From NCBI GenBank assembly GCA_965238075.1, contig OZ250173.1, positions 1-64,000 of the forward strand: a DNA stretch of 64,000 bases, given 5' to 3'. Numbering within the stretch: the first letter of the stretch is position 1; every line of letters begins with the position of its first letter. Below the pieces are notes generated by a model that was not told the origin of the DNA, did no database searches, and worked only from the letters and a program-made list of their open reading frames with translations. This stretch comes from Candidatus Entotheonellaceae bacterium. Its GTDB lineage: Bacteria; Tectomicrobia; Entotheonellia; Entotheonellales; Entotheonellaceae. The position numbers were made by a program, and so were the translations under genes. Below, one piece after another: positions 29,282 to 37,335 of this stretch.

Positions 29282-30826
29282 TCAGCGCGGCTGTGCTTGT
29301 CGCATATCCCGCAATATAGCTTGAGCGCAGTTGTGTCCGGGAGCCCCGGTGATTTCGCCGCCCGGGTGCGTGCCAGCGCCGCACAGATATAGCTGAGCGA
29401 TCGGCGCCCGATAGGCCACCCGGCGTGAGAACGCCTGGCTCGGCACCACGTCGATGTGGCGGATGTTGCCGTCGGTCATGCCGACGGCGGTTTCGATATC
29501 CTCCGGGGTGCGGAGCGTCCAGGCAATGAGGGTATCCCGGAAATTGGGCGCGTAGTCGCACAGCGTGGAGATAATCGACTCGGCGACCCGCTCACGAGCC
29601 TCGTCCCATGACTCGCCCACCGGATGCCGCGGGTAGTACAGGGTCCAACACGACACGACGTGTTGCCCCGGCGGTGACAGGGTGGCGTCCCAGAGCGAGG
29701 GAATCTGCATGCGGATGAGGGGATGCGCGGCGGGCCGACCCTGCTTGCAGGCATCCCAGCTTGCCTGGAAGTAGGCGACCGATGGGCAGATGCGTACGTA
29801 TGTTGTCAGCTTCGGGTCGTAACCCGCGCCCAGGTAGCGGGAGAAGTTGGGCAGGTCGCTCAGCGCCGCCAGGAATTTGACGCAGTTGGCTCGCGTCCGC
29901 AGGTTGGTGATGCGCTTCAGGAACCCGTCATCAAGCGATTGTGAGTCCACCAAGCTCAGATAGGTGCGTTTGGGGTCGGCGTTCGACACCACCACCGCGC
30001 TGCGGATTTCCTCACCGCCAACCAACCGGACGCCGCGCGCCTCGCCATCCTCAACCAAGACCCGCTCGACGCTCACCCCGGTGCGAATCTCGACGCCGCG
30101 TGCTTGCGCCGCGCCCGTCAGGGCCGCGGCCACGGCGTTCATGCCGCCCTTCGGGATGCCAAAATACTCAGGTTTGTTGAACCGCCGCATCCACATGATG
30201 TACGCGACGCTGAACACGCTGCCCGGCGCGCTCGGATCGCCCATGTCCTGCGCCTCGACGAAGAACGCTTTCACCCGGTCGTCTTCGAAATAAAGGTCGA
30301 GCAGGTCACTGACGCCGACCGTCAGCATGGTTTCCCACACTTCCTCGTCGGGCGTGCCGCGCACGTCCGCCGTCACCTGCGCAAAGGTAGGCGGCTCGGT
30401 GAAGAAATAGCGGTACAGGATGCCGGCGGCGCGCTCCCAAAAGGCGTTCCACGCCGGAAAAGCCCTGGCGTCGCGTTCCGACAGGCGCCGGATGCCGTCC
30501 TGCGTCTGGCGGTCGTCGTGCCAGGACATCAGGTACGAGCCGTCCGGGAAGGGCTGGAAGGCCATCGGGTCGTAAGGATAGGTGGCGTAGCCGTGGCGGG
30601 GCAGATCCAGTTCTTCGATCACCTTGCCCTGGAACATATGGCAAACGTAGGGGCAATACGGCACCGTGAAGCCGGGATGAATCGTTTCGCCGACAATGGC
30701 GCCGCCGGTGCGGTTGAGCCGTTCCAGCACCAGCACGGACAGCCCTTCCTGGGCCAGGTAACTGGCGCATACCAGACCGTTATGCCCGGCGCCGATGACA
30801 ATTGCGTCGTACTGGGTTTCCCCCAC
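29282..30826 (-). CDS. Phytoene dehydrogenase-like FAD oxidoreductase
   Basis: GAGHNGL, PKGGM, GNIRH, LCGAGTHPGG..GAPGHNCA. Confidence 0.88.
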   Translation of the reverse strand: MGETQYDAIVIGAGHNGLVCASYLAQEGLSVLVLERLNRTGGAIVGETIHPGFTVPYCPYVCHMFQGKVIEELDLPRHGYATYPYDPMAFQPFPDGSYLMSWHDDRQTQDGIRRLSERDARAFPAWNAFWERAAGILYRYFFTEPPTFAQVTADVRGTPDEEVWETMLTVGVSDLLDLYFEDDRVKAFFVEAQDMGDPSAPGSVFSVAYIMWMRRFNKPEYFGIPKGGMNAVAAALTGAAQARGVEIRTGVSVERVLVEDGEARGVRLVGGEEIRSAVVVSNADPKRTYLSLVDSQSLDDGFLKRITNLRTRANCVKFLAALSDLPNFSRYLGAGYDPKLTTYVRICPSVAYFQASWDACKQGRPAAHPLIRMQIPSLWDATLSPPGQHVVSCWTLYYPRHPVGESWDEARERVAESIISTLCDYAPNFRDTLIAWTLRTPEDIETAVGMTDGNIRHIDVVPSQAFSRRVAYRAPIAQLYLCGAGTHPGGEITGAPGHNCAQAILRDMRQAQPR

Positions 30827-30872
30827 GTCCTGCCCTCCCCGTCCGTATCCATGTCATCCCGCCGCGTCGGGG

Positions 30873-30901
30873 TTGACACCGCCGGACAATGTTTCTAGGC
30901 T
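30873..30901 (+). promoter_or_regulatory. sigma70 promoter for the globin-tenA-TCS run
   Basis: TTGACA-17 bp-TAGGCT. Confidence 0.55.
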
Positions 30902-30964
30902 CAATCCATCGAACAATAACCGATGTGGCTTATCCCCCAGGCCCCCTTACACAGACTACACTCC

Positions 30965-31378
30965 ATGGACCCATTCAACTTTCCGGTGCGGGAAGCCTCT
31001 CTGGACGCCATCTACGCCACGGTAGGCGAGGACGGCATCGCCCGCATCACTGAGGCGTTCTATCAGCAAGTCGCCACCGACGACCTGCTCGCCCCGATGT
31101 ATCCCAAAGACGACCTGCAAGGCTCGGAGCAGCGCCTGCGCGATTTCCTGGTATACCGATTTGGCGGTCCGCAGCGCTACATCGAAACGCGCGGCCACCC
31201 GCGCCTGCGCATGCGGCACGCGCCCTTTCCGATCGACCAACGCGCCCGCGACCGCTGGATATCACTCATGGACAATGCCCTGGAAGCCGCGGAACTACCC
31301 GCCGACATGACCGCCATGCTGCAAGAATTCTTCCGCCACGTCGCCACATTCCTGATCAACCGTGACGCGGGCCCCTGA
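30965..31378 (+). CDS. Group II truncated hemoglobin (HbO-like)
   Basis: FY..VATDDLLAPMYP, GGPQRY..RGHPRLRMRHAPF, RDRW. Confidence 0.9.
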   Translation: MDPFNFPVREASLDAIYATVGEDGIARITEAFYQQVATDDLLAPMYPKDDLQGSEQRLRDFLVYRFGGPQRYIETRGHPRLRMRHAPFPIDQRARDRWISLMDNALEAAELPADMTAMLQEFFRHVATFLINRDAGP

Positions 31379-31416
31379 GCGCCATCTGTTCCGCACACCC
31401 GACAGAAGGAAACACC

Positions 31417-32085
31417 ATGCGATTTTCCAAACACCTGCGCCAGCAAGCAGACCCCATATTCGAGGCCATTTTCGCCCACCCGTTTGTTCGCGGCATCGCC
31501 AACGGCGACCTCACCAGCGAGCAGCTTGCCCATTACGTGAAGCAGGATTTTCAATACCTCAACGTCTTTTGTCAAATCTACGGGTTGGCCATCGCCAAAT
31601 CCTCGACGCGTGAGGACATGGCTTTTTTTCACCAGCGCATGGCGTTCATCCTGCACAGCGAAACGCACCCGCACCACAATTTCGCCGACGTCGCCGGCTA
31701 CAAGTTGGAGGATCTTGAACACGCCGACCTGCTGCCCACGTCGCGCAACTACACGCGCCACATGCTGCACGTGGCCCACAGCGGCACGCTGGGAGAGCTT
31801 CTCGCCGTTCTGCTGCCCTGCCCGCTCACTTACTGGGAGATCGGCCTCAAGCTGCAGCAGGAGGTAGGGCCCGACGACAGCCACCCGTTCAAGCCCTGGA
31901 TCGACTTCTACGCGGCGCACGCCAGCGAGGAAATCAGCGAGTTATTCCTGGGGCGACTCGACGCTTACGCCGAACAGGCCCACGCGGCGGAAAAGGCGCG
32001 CATGGAGGATCATTTCCTCACCAGTTGCCGGATGGAATACATGTTCTGGGACATGGCCTATAATCTTGAGTCCTGGCCGGTGTGA
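31417..32085 (+). CDS. tenA: Thiaminase II / aminopyrimidine aminohydrolase
   Basis: HPFV, YVKQDFQYL, LLPC (catalytic Cys), EYMFWDMA. Confidence 0.92.
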   Translation: MRFSKHLRQQADPIFEAIFAHPFVRGIANGDLTSEQLAHYVKQDFQYLNVFCQIYGLAIAKSSTREDMAFFHQRMAFILHSETHPHHNFADVAGYKLEDLEHADLLPTSRNYTRHMLHVAHSGTLGELLAVLLPCPLTYWEIGLKLQQEVGPDDSHPFKPWIDFYAAHASEEISELFLGRLDAYAEQAHAAEKARMEDHFLTSCRMEYMFWDMAYNLESWPV

Positions 32086-32133
32086 CGGCGCGTCCGCTGG
32101 CCAAGTCCGCTTACCTCCGCTTAGGGCCTTGCC

Positions 32134-32805
32134 ATGCGACTTCTGGTTATCGAAGACGAACAGAAGGTGGCCAACTTCATCAAGCAGGGCTTGGAAGAGG
32201 AAGGCTACGCGGTGGACCACGCCGCCGACGGCGCCAGCGGCTTGCAGATGGCGCTGGAGGGGTTGCACGACGTCATCGTGTTGGACGTCATGCTGCCGAA
32301 GCTCGATGGCTTGAGCGTTCTGCAACAATTGCGGCAGGAAACCATTACCACGCCGGTATTGCTGCTGACCGTGCGCGCCACCATTGAGGACAAGGTGCTG
32401 GGGCTCGACGCCGGTGCCGACGACTATCTCACCAAGCCGTTTGCCTTCGAAGAATTCGTCGCCCGCGTGCGGGCTCTCCTGCGGCGCCGGGCTGAAACCA
32501 CTCCGCCCATCCTGCAGGTCGCCGACCTGGCGCTCGACCCGGCGCGTCGCGTGGTGTCGCGGGGCGACCAGAAGATCGACCTGACCCCCCGCGAGTTCAC
32601 CCTGCTCGACTATTTCATGCGCAATCCCGGTCGGGTGCTCACCCGCACCATGATCGCCAACCGCGTGTGGGACTACACCTTCGACTCCGCCACCAACGTC
32701 ATCGACGTCTACGTCAATTACCTACGCAAGAAGATCGACACCGGGCACGACACCAAGCTGCTCCACACCGTGCGGGGTGTGGGCTACGTCATGAAAGTGC
32801 CCTGA
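32134..32805 (+). CDS. OmpR-family response regulator (CusR/MprA-like)
   Basis: REC domain (IEDE, DVMLP, KPF) plus wHTH (NVIDVYVNYLRKK, TVRGVGY). Confidence 0.93.
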   Translation: MRLLVIEDEQKVANFIKQGLEEEGYAVDHAADGASGLQMALEGLHDVIVLDVMLPKLDGLSVLQQLRQETITTPVLLLTVRATIEDKVLGLDAGADDYLTKPFAFEEFVARVRALLRRRAETTPPILQVADLALDPARRVVSRGDQKIDLTPREFTLLDYFMRNPGRVLTRTMIANRVWDYTFDSATNVIDVYVNYLRKKIDTGHDTKLLHTVRGVGYVMKVP

Positions 32806-32808
32806 GCC

Positions 32809-34218
32809 ATGCCGGCCTTCTCCATTCGCGCCCGCCTCACCCTGTGGTATTCCGCCCTGCTGACCGTCACCGTGCTCATTCTGGCCGGTGCCGCGTACGC
32901 CCTGCTGTGGTACGGCAGCATGCAGGATATGGACGACGCCCTGCAAGGCGTGGCGCGGGCGCTGGAGCAACAAGCGCCACGGCGCGGCAGCCCGTTCGTG
33001 CCCGCGGACGTCGACGCGCTGTTCCGGCGCTTTTTCGGTTTTTCGCCCTGGGACCGCTACGTGCAGCACCGCGATCTTCTGAGCCCCCCTGACCCGCGTC
33101 GGCGGCGGGCACCTTCGGGCACGTTACCGCTCAGCGCCGAGGCGAGGCGCAACGCCGCCGCCGGGCGCGAGACGTACGAGACCGTGGAAGGCCTGGCGGA
33201 TTATCCGGTACGGGTGCTCACCAAACCAGTGCTTGCCGGGGGAAGGGTACGAAACGTCATCCAGGTAGGCATGTCGCAGGAGAATCTGTACGCCACGCGG
33301 CGCCGTTTTTTGTGGGTCATGGCGGCGGTGCTGCCGCTGGGCCTACTGCTGGCGGCCGGGGGCGGCTGGGCTCTGGCGCGCCGGGCGCTCGCCCCGGTTG
33401 AACACATGGTGGAGGCGGCGCGGCGCATTGGTGCCGAGCGTCTGGCCGAGCGACTTGAGGAAAGCGGTACCGGCGACGAGCTGGACCGCCTCTCCGGCGT
33501 GCTGAACGCCATGCTCGAACGCCTCGATCTGTCGTTTCGTCAGATGCGGCAGTTCAGCGCCGACGCCTCGCACGAACTACAAACGCCCCTTACCATTCTG
33601 CAGGGCGAGTTGGAGGTAGCCCTGCGCAGCCCGCGCACCCCGGAGGCGTATCGGGAGGCGATCCAGAGTGCGCTGCAAGAGATCGAGCGCATGGCCGTTT
33701 TGGTGGAGGGCCTGTTACTGCTGGCGCGCGCCGATGCCGGCATGCTGCGGCTGGACCTGAAGCCGATGGACGCGGCGCAGTTGCTTGCCGAGGTGTTCGA
33801 ACGCACACAGATTCTGGCGCAATCACGCTCCATCGCCCTCGACCTCGAAGCCCTTGAGCCGCACCTCGTTTTCGGCGACCGCGAGCGGCTGCGGCGCGTG
33901 TTGCTCAACCTGGTGGATAACGCCATCAAATACACCCCCGCCGGGGGCCGCGTCACCCTGTCGCTTCGGCAGCGCGACGGGCGTGTTTGCCTGTCGGTGC
34001 GCGACACCGGCATCGGCCTGTCGGAGGCTGAGCAGGAGCACATCTTCCAGCGCTTCCACCGCGCCGGTTCGGCCCGTGACCACGGCGCGCAAGGCTCCGG
34101 GCTGGGTCTGTGCATCGCCCGCTCCATTGTCGAGGCGCACGGCGGCACGCTTCAGGTTGTCAGCCGCCCCGCCGAAGGCAGTACCTTGACGGTGTGCCTG
34201 CCGTACTTGGCCGAATGA
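32809..34218 (+). CDS. HAMP sensor histidine kinase
   Basis: Two TM helices, HAMP, SHELQTPL, NLVDNAIKY, DTGIG, GSGLGL. Confidence 0.93.
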   Translation: MPAFSIRARLTLWYSALLTVTVLILAGAAYALLWYGSMQDMDDALQGVARALEQQAPRRGSPFVPADVDALFRRFFGFSPWDRYVQHRDLLSPPDPRRRRAPSGTLPLSAEARRNAAAGRETYETVEGLADYPVRVLTKPVLAGGRVRNVIQVGMSQENLYATRRRFLWVMAAVLPLGLLLAAGGGWALARRALAPVEHMVEAARRIGAERLAERLEESGTGDELDRLSGVLNAMLERLDLSFRQMRQFSADASHELQTPLTILQGELEVALRSPRTPEAYREAIQSALQEIERMAVLVEGLLLLARADAGMLRLDLKPMDAAQLLAEVFERTQILAQSRSIALDLEALEPHLVFGDRERLRRVLLNLVDNAIKYTPAGGRVTLSLRQRDGRVCLSVRDTGIGLSEAEQEHIFQRFHRAGSARDHGAQGSGLGLCIARSIVEAHGGTLQVVSRPAEGSTLTVCLPYLAE

Positions 34219-34250
34219 CCCCCGCTCGCCGCTGCGCTTCATTAGAAATT

Positions 34251-34316
34251 TCTAAGCCTTTTCTCATTCATTTCTCAACGCCCTCTCATTTGGTTTTCAC
34301 CCCGCGGTGTCATATT
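34251..34316 (+). promoter_or_regulatory. Five phased TCTCA-like direct repeats plus an extended -10 upstream of htrA
   Basis: tctaag 34251, tctcat 34262, tctcaa 34273, tctcat 34284, tttcac 34295 (exact 11-bp period); TGtCATATT 34308-34316. Confidence 0.65.
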
Positions 34317-34398
34317 CCCCTCCATGGGCAACAGAACCGGCACGCCGGACCAACTGGGCTGGTTGGCCGCATCCAATGCTTTATCAACGGAGGTTGAT

Positions 34399-35922
34399 AT
34401 GTCATACCGAGTCTTTCTGAACAAACGGTTGGGAATCGGCGTTTTGGCCACGGCGCTGGTGATCTGTTTCCTGGGCGGCTTGGTGATTGCCAAGGAGATG
34501 CGCCGTATGCCGGCGGACGGCGACACAGCCGCGGCCGCCGCGCCGTCCATGCCGGCAGTCCCGGCGGTTCCCGGCTCCTTCGCCGAATTGGCGAGCGATT
34601 TGGGGCCGAGCGTGGTCAACATCAGGGTCACCAAGTCGGCTGACGGGGTGTCCTGGAACATGCCCGAATGGTTTGAGCACGGTCCGTTTGAACACTTCAA
34701 TCGTCGCTTCTTCGACGACCAGCATCGTCAGCGCCGGGAGCGTCATGATCGGCCCGGTCATTCCCAACGGCGTCGGCGCGGTGATTTTCGTCGGCAGGGC
34801 GCCGGCTCCGGCGTCATCATCAGCGCCGAAGGGCACATTCTCACCAATCATCACGTTGTCCAGCACACCGAGGACGTCAGGGTGACGCTGACCGATGGGC
34901 GCGAGTATGAAGCGCGGGTCGTCGGGCGTGATCCTAAGACCGATCTGGCGGTGCTGCAGGTGGACGCAGGCGAGCCGCTGCCGGTGGCGACGCTGGGCAA
35001 TTCCGACACCCTGCGGGTGGGCGATTGGGTCATGGCCATCGGCAATCCGTTCGGCCTGAGCCATACGGTGACGGCGGGCATCGTGAGTGGTAAGGGCCGC
35101 ATCATCGGCGCCGGCCCGTATGACGACTTCATCCAGACCGACGCATCGATCAACCCCGGCAACTCCGGGGGGCCGCTGTTCAACATGCACGGCGAGGTGG
35201 TCGGCATCAATACCGCCATGGTGCCGCACGGACGCGGCATCGGCTTTGCCATCCCCATCGACACCGCCAAGCCGTTGATTCCGCAGATGGTGGCGACCGG
35301 CAGCGTGACGCGCGGCTATCTCGGCGTCTCCATTCAGTCCATCACCCCGGATTTGGCGGAAGCCCTGAAGCTCGACGGAACCCAGGGCGCCCTGGTTGGC
35401 GAGGTGATGCCTGACAGCCCGGCGGCGCGGGCGGGCTTGCAGACTGGCGACGTCATTACGGCGTTTGACGGCAAGCCTGTTGCCACCTCGCAAGACCTGC
35501 CAGGCATGGTCGCCGAAACCCCGGTCGACCAGGACGTGACCGTCACCGTGCAGCGTCAGGGCGAGTCGCTTGACCTCGCGGTGACCGTCGGCAAGATGCA
35601 CGCCGAAACGGCCCAGGCGACCGATAGTCCGGAATCCGGCCGCGGCAATCTCGGCCTCCATTTACGAGACCGGCTGGCCGACTCCCGCGGCGATGACGAC
35701 CCTGCGCTCGCCAATGGCGTCTTGGTGACCCGCGTACAGCCGGGAAGCCCCGCGGCGGCGTCCGGTATTCGCGGCGGCGACGTCATCCTGCAGGTGGACC
35801 AGAAGCCCGTGGACTCCATCGCCGACGTGAAGCAGGTTCTGGCCGAGACGGACGAGGAATCGCCACTCGTTATGCTTGTCAAGCGTGGCGGGGGCAGCTT
35901 CTACGTCGTGCTTAAAGCGTAG
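34399..35922 (+). CDS. htrA: DegP/DegQ (HtrA) serine protease with two PDZ domains
   Basis: GSGVII, TNHHV, DLAVL, NPGNSGG, two PDZ domains; GGAGG RBS before ATG 34399. Confidence 0.92.
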   Translation: MSYRVFLNKRLGIGVLATALVICFLGGLVIAKEMRRMPADGDTAAAAAPSMPAVPAVPGSFAELASDLGPSVVNIRVTKSADGVSWNMPEWFEHGPFEHFNRRFFDDQHRQRRERHDRPGHSQRRRRGDFRRQGAGSGVIISAEGHILTNHHVVQHTEDVRVTLTDGREYEARVVGRDPKTDLAVLQVDAGEPLPVATLGNSDTLRVGDWVMAIGNPFGLSHTVTAGIVSGKGRIIGAGPYDDFIQTDASINPGNSGGPLFNMHGEVVGINTAMVPHGRGIGFAIPIDTAKPLIPQMVATGSVTRGYLGVSIQSITPDLAEALKLDGTQGALVGEVMPDSPAARAGLQTGDVITAFDGKPVATSQDLPGMVAETPVDQDVTVTVQRQGESLDLAVTVGKMHAETAQATDSPESGRGNLGLHLRDRLADSRGDDDPALANGVLVTRVQPGSPAAASGIRGGDVILQVDQKPVDSIADVKQVLAETDEESPLVMLVKRGGGSFYVVLKA

Positions 35923-35948
35923 CGGTCCCTGACCTCAGTGGTCGCTGG

Positions 35949-36007
35949 CCCCCTCCCTGCCCTTCCCGTTTCCTCCCTCCTCCGCGGGGAGGGTCAGGGA
36001 GAGGGGG
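35949..36007. repeat. REP-like palindrome (CCCTCCC/GGGAGAGGG family)
   Basis: cccctccctgccct...agggtcagggagaggggg downstream of htrA. Confidence 0.55.
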
Positions 36008-36127
36008 AACTCCAGATGCCCTGTTACCCGGATTTTGCAGCCCTCGCCCCCGACCTGCCATACTGCGGCCGTGTGACGTCTCCCTCGGAACACGACCGCA
36101 CCCCGCCTTTGTAACGGAGCCTCGAAC

Positions 36128-36613
36128 ATGACATCTGCAAAAACGCTGTATCTGGCGAACCCCTATGGCTTCTCGTCCCAACAGCGCGAGGGACCTTTGG
36201 CAGCGCTTGTGACGGCGCTGGAAGCGCTGGGTGCCGAGGTCTGGGAGCCGTTCGCTCGCAACAACCAGATCGACCGCGCCAGCCCCGGCTGGGCCTACCG
36301 TATCGGACAGGCTGACCTGCGCGACGTGCGCGACGCCGACGGGCTGTTCGCAGTGGTCAACGGCTGCCCCCCGGACGAGGGCGTCATGGTGGAGTTGGGT
36401 ATGGCCATCGCCTGGGCAAAGCCGGTGTTTCTCTTCCGGGACGACTTCCGCCGTTGCACCGACAGCGAGACCTATCCCCTGAACCTGATGCTCTTCACCG
36501 GTCTCCCGCAATCGGGCTGGGAAGCCTACTGGTACGCTTCAATCGACGAGATCGCCGACCCCGGCAAGGCCCTGGCGCGGTGGTTGCGGGACGGCGTAAG
36601 GAATCCACGATGA
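36128..36613 (+). CDS. Nucleoside 2-deoxyribosyltransferase family protein
   Basis: YLANPYGF, DEGVMVELGMA, NLM. Confidence 0.88.
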   Translation: MTSAKTLYLANPYGFSSQQREGPLAALVTALEALGAEVWEPFARNNQIDRASPGWAYRIGQADLRDVRDADGLFAVVNGCPPDEGVMVELGMAIAWAKPVFLFRDDFRRCTDSETYPLNLMLFTGLPQSGWEAYWYASIDEIADPGKALARWLRDGVRNPR

Positions 36614-36849
36614 ACTGCATCCACTGTCGGGGGCGGATGCAGCGTTCGCAAGCGCCCTTTCCTGTCGATCGAAACGGCTATCCCTTGCTGTTCGATACAG
36701 TCCCGGCCCGGGTTTGTGACCAATGCGGTGAGGCGTACTTCGAGAAACGCGCGGTGGACTTAATGCAAAGCGCCATCAAGGGACTGGACCAGCAGGATCG
36801 GCAGCTTGCTGCGGTGCCTGAGGCGACTTGCGGTTGCCAATCTCCGTGA
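36610..36849 (+). CDS. YgiT-type zinc finger (MqsA-like) protein
   Basis: MNCIHCRG...VPARVCDQCGEAYF; ATGA overlap with the upstream stop. Confidence 0.8.
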   Translation: MNCIHCRGRMQRSQAPFPVDRNGYPLLFDTVPARVCDQCGEAYFEKRAVDLMQSAIKGLDQQDRQLAAVPEATCGCQSP

Positions 36850-37069
36850 CAGCGTTATTCACAGCCGCAAGGATACGATGGGCGGTACGCGTGTTTTCAA
36901 GGGAACCCGCGTTGTCGTAAAGAACCTGTTCGATTACTTGGCATCCGGGTACAGCCTGGATGTTTTCTTGGACGACTTTCCGTCGGTAAGCCGCGAGCAG
37001 GCAGTGAGGGCGCTTGAAATGGCCAAAGAGTCTTTGGAAAGCCACGCTCATGAGAGTGCTTCTCCATGA
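36806..37069 (+). CDS. DUF433 antitoxin-like protein, start uncertain, possibly degenerate
   Basis: MGGTRVFKGTRVVVKNLFDYL..GYSLD.FLDDFPSV. Confidence 0.7.
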   Translation: MLRCLRRLAVANLRDSVIHSRKDTMGGTRVFKGTRVVVKNLFDYLASGYSLDVFLDDFPSVSREQAVRALEMAKESLESHAHESASP

Positions 37070-37283
37070 GTCGGTTCCGTGGGCACTGAGGCACTATTTG
37101 CCCAACCACGAAGTGCGGACAGTCAAATATGTGGGATGGGACGGCAAAACCAATGGGGAACTCCTGGAACGGGCGAGGGGTGAGTTCGATTTGCTGATTA
37201 CCGTTGACCAGAGTGTTCCATAATTGCTACGTAACCTTGATTCCCTGAAACGCGGCCAGGTCGCCCTCATCGGAACGCCGTAA
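37050..37283 (+). pseudogene. DUF5615 PIN-like toxin remnant
   Basis: MRVLLHE (Asp to His), GW.GK.NGELL, ITVDQ, stop at 37221-37223, then the in-frame C-terminal remnant LLRNLDSLKRGQVALI. Confidence 0.72.
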
Positions 37284-37335
37284 CGCGGCTGTCAAAAAGA
37301 GACAACCTAGAGGGGTCGGCCTGTTTTGGTCTCCC

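Noticed and set aside
29282-30826. Carotenoid pathway from the two phytoene desaturase-like genes (also 45429-46853)
   Set aside because: No crtB, crtE or cyclase nearby; both look like generic FAD oxidoreductases.
31379-31416. TPP riboswitch before tenA
   Set aside because: Gap is only 38 nt and lacks the full TPP aptamer motifs.
36000-36127. Cobalamin riboswitch-like GACCTGCC
   Set aside because: No B12 box or other conserved elements; the region is explained by a REP-like repeat.
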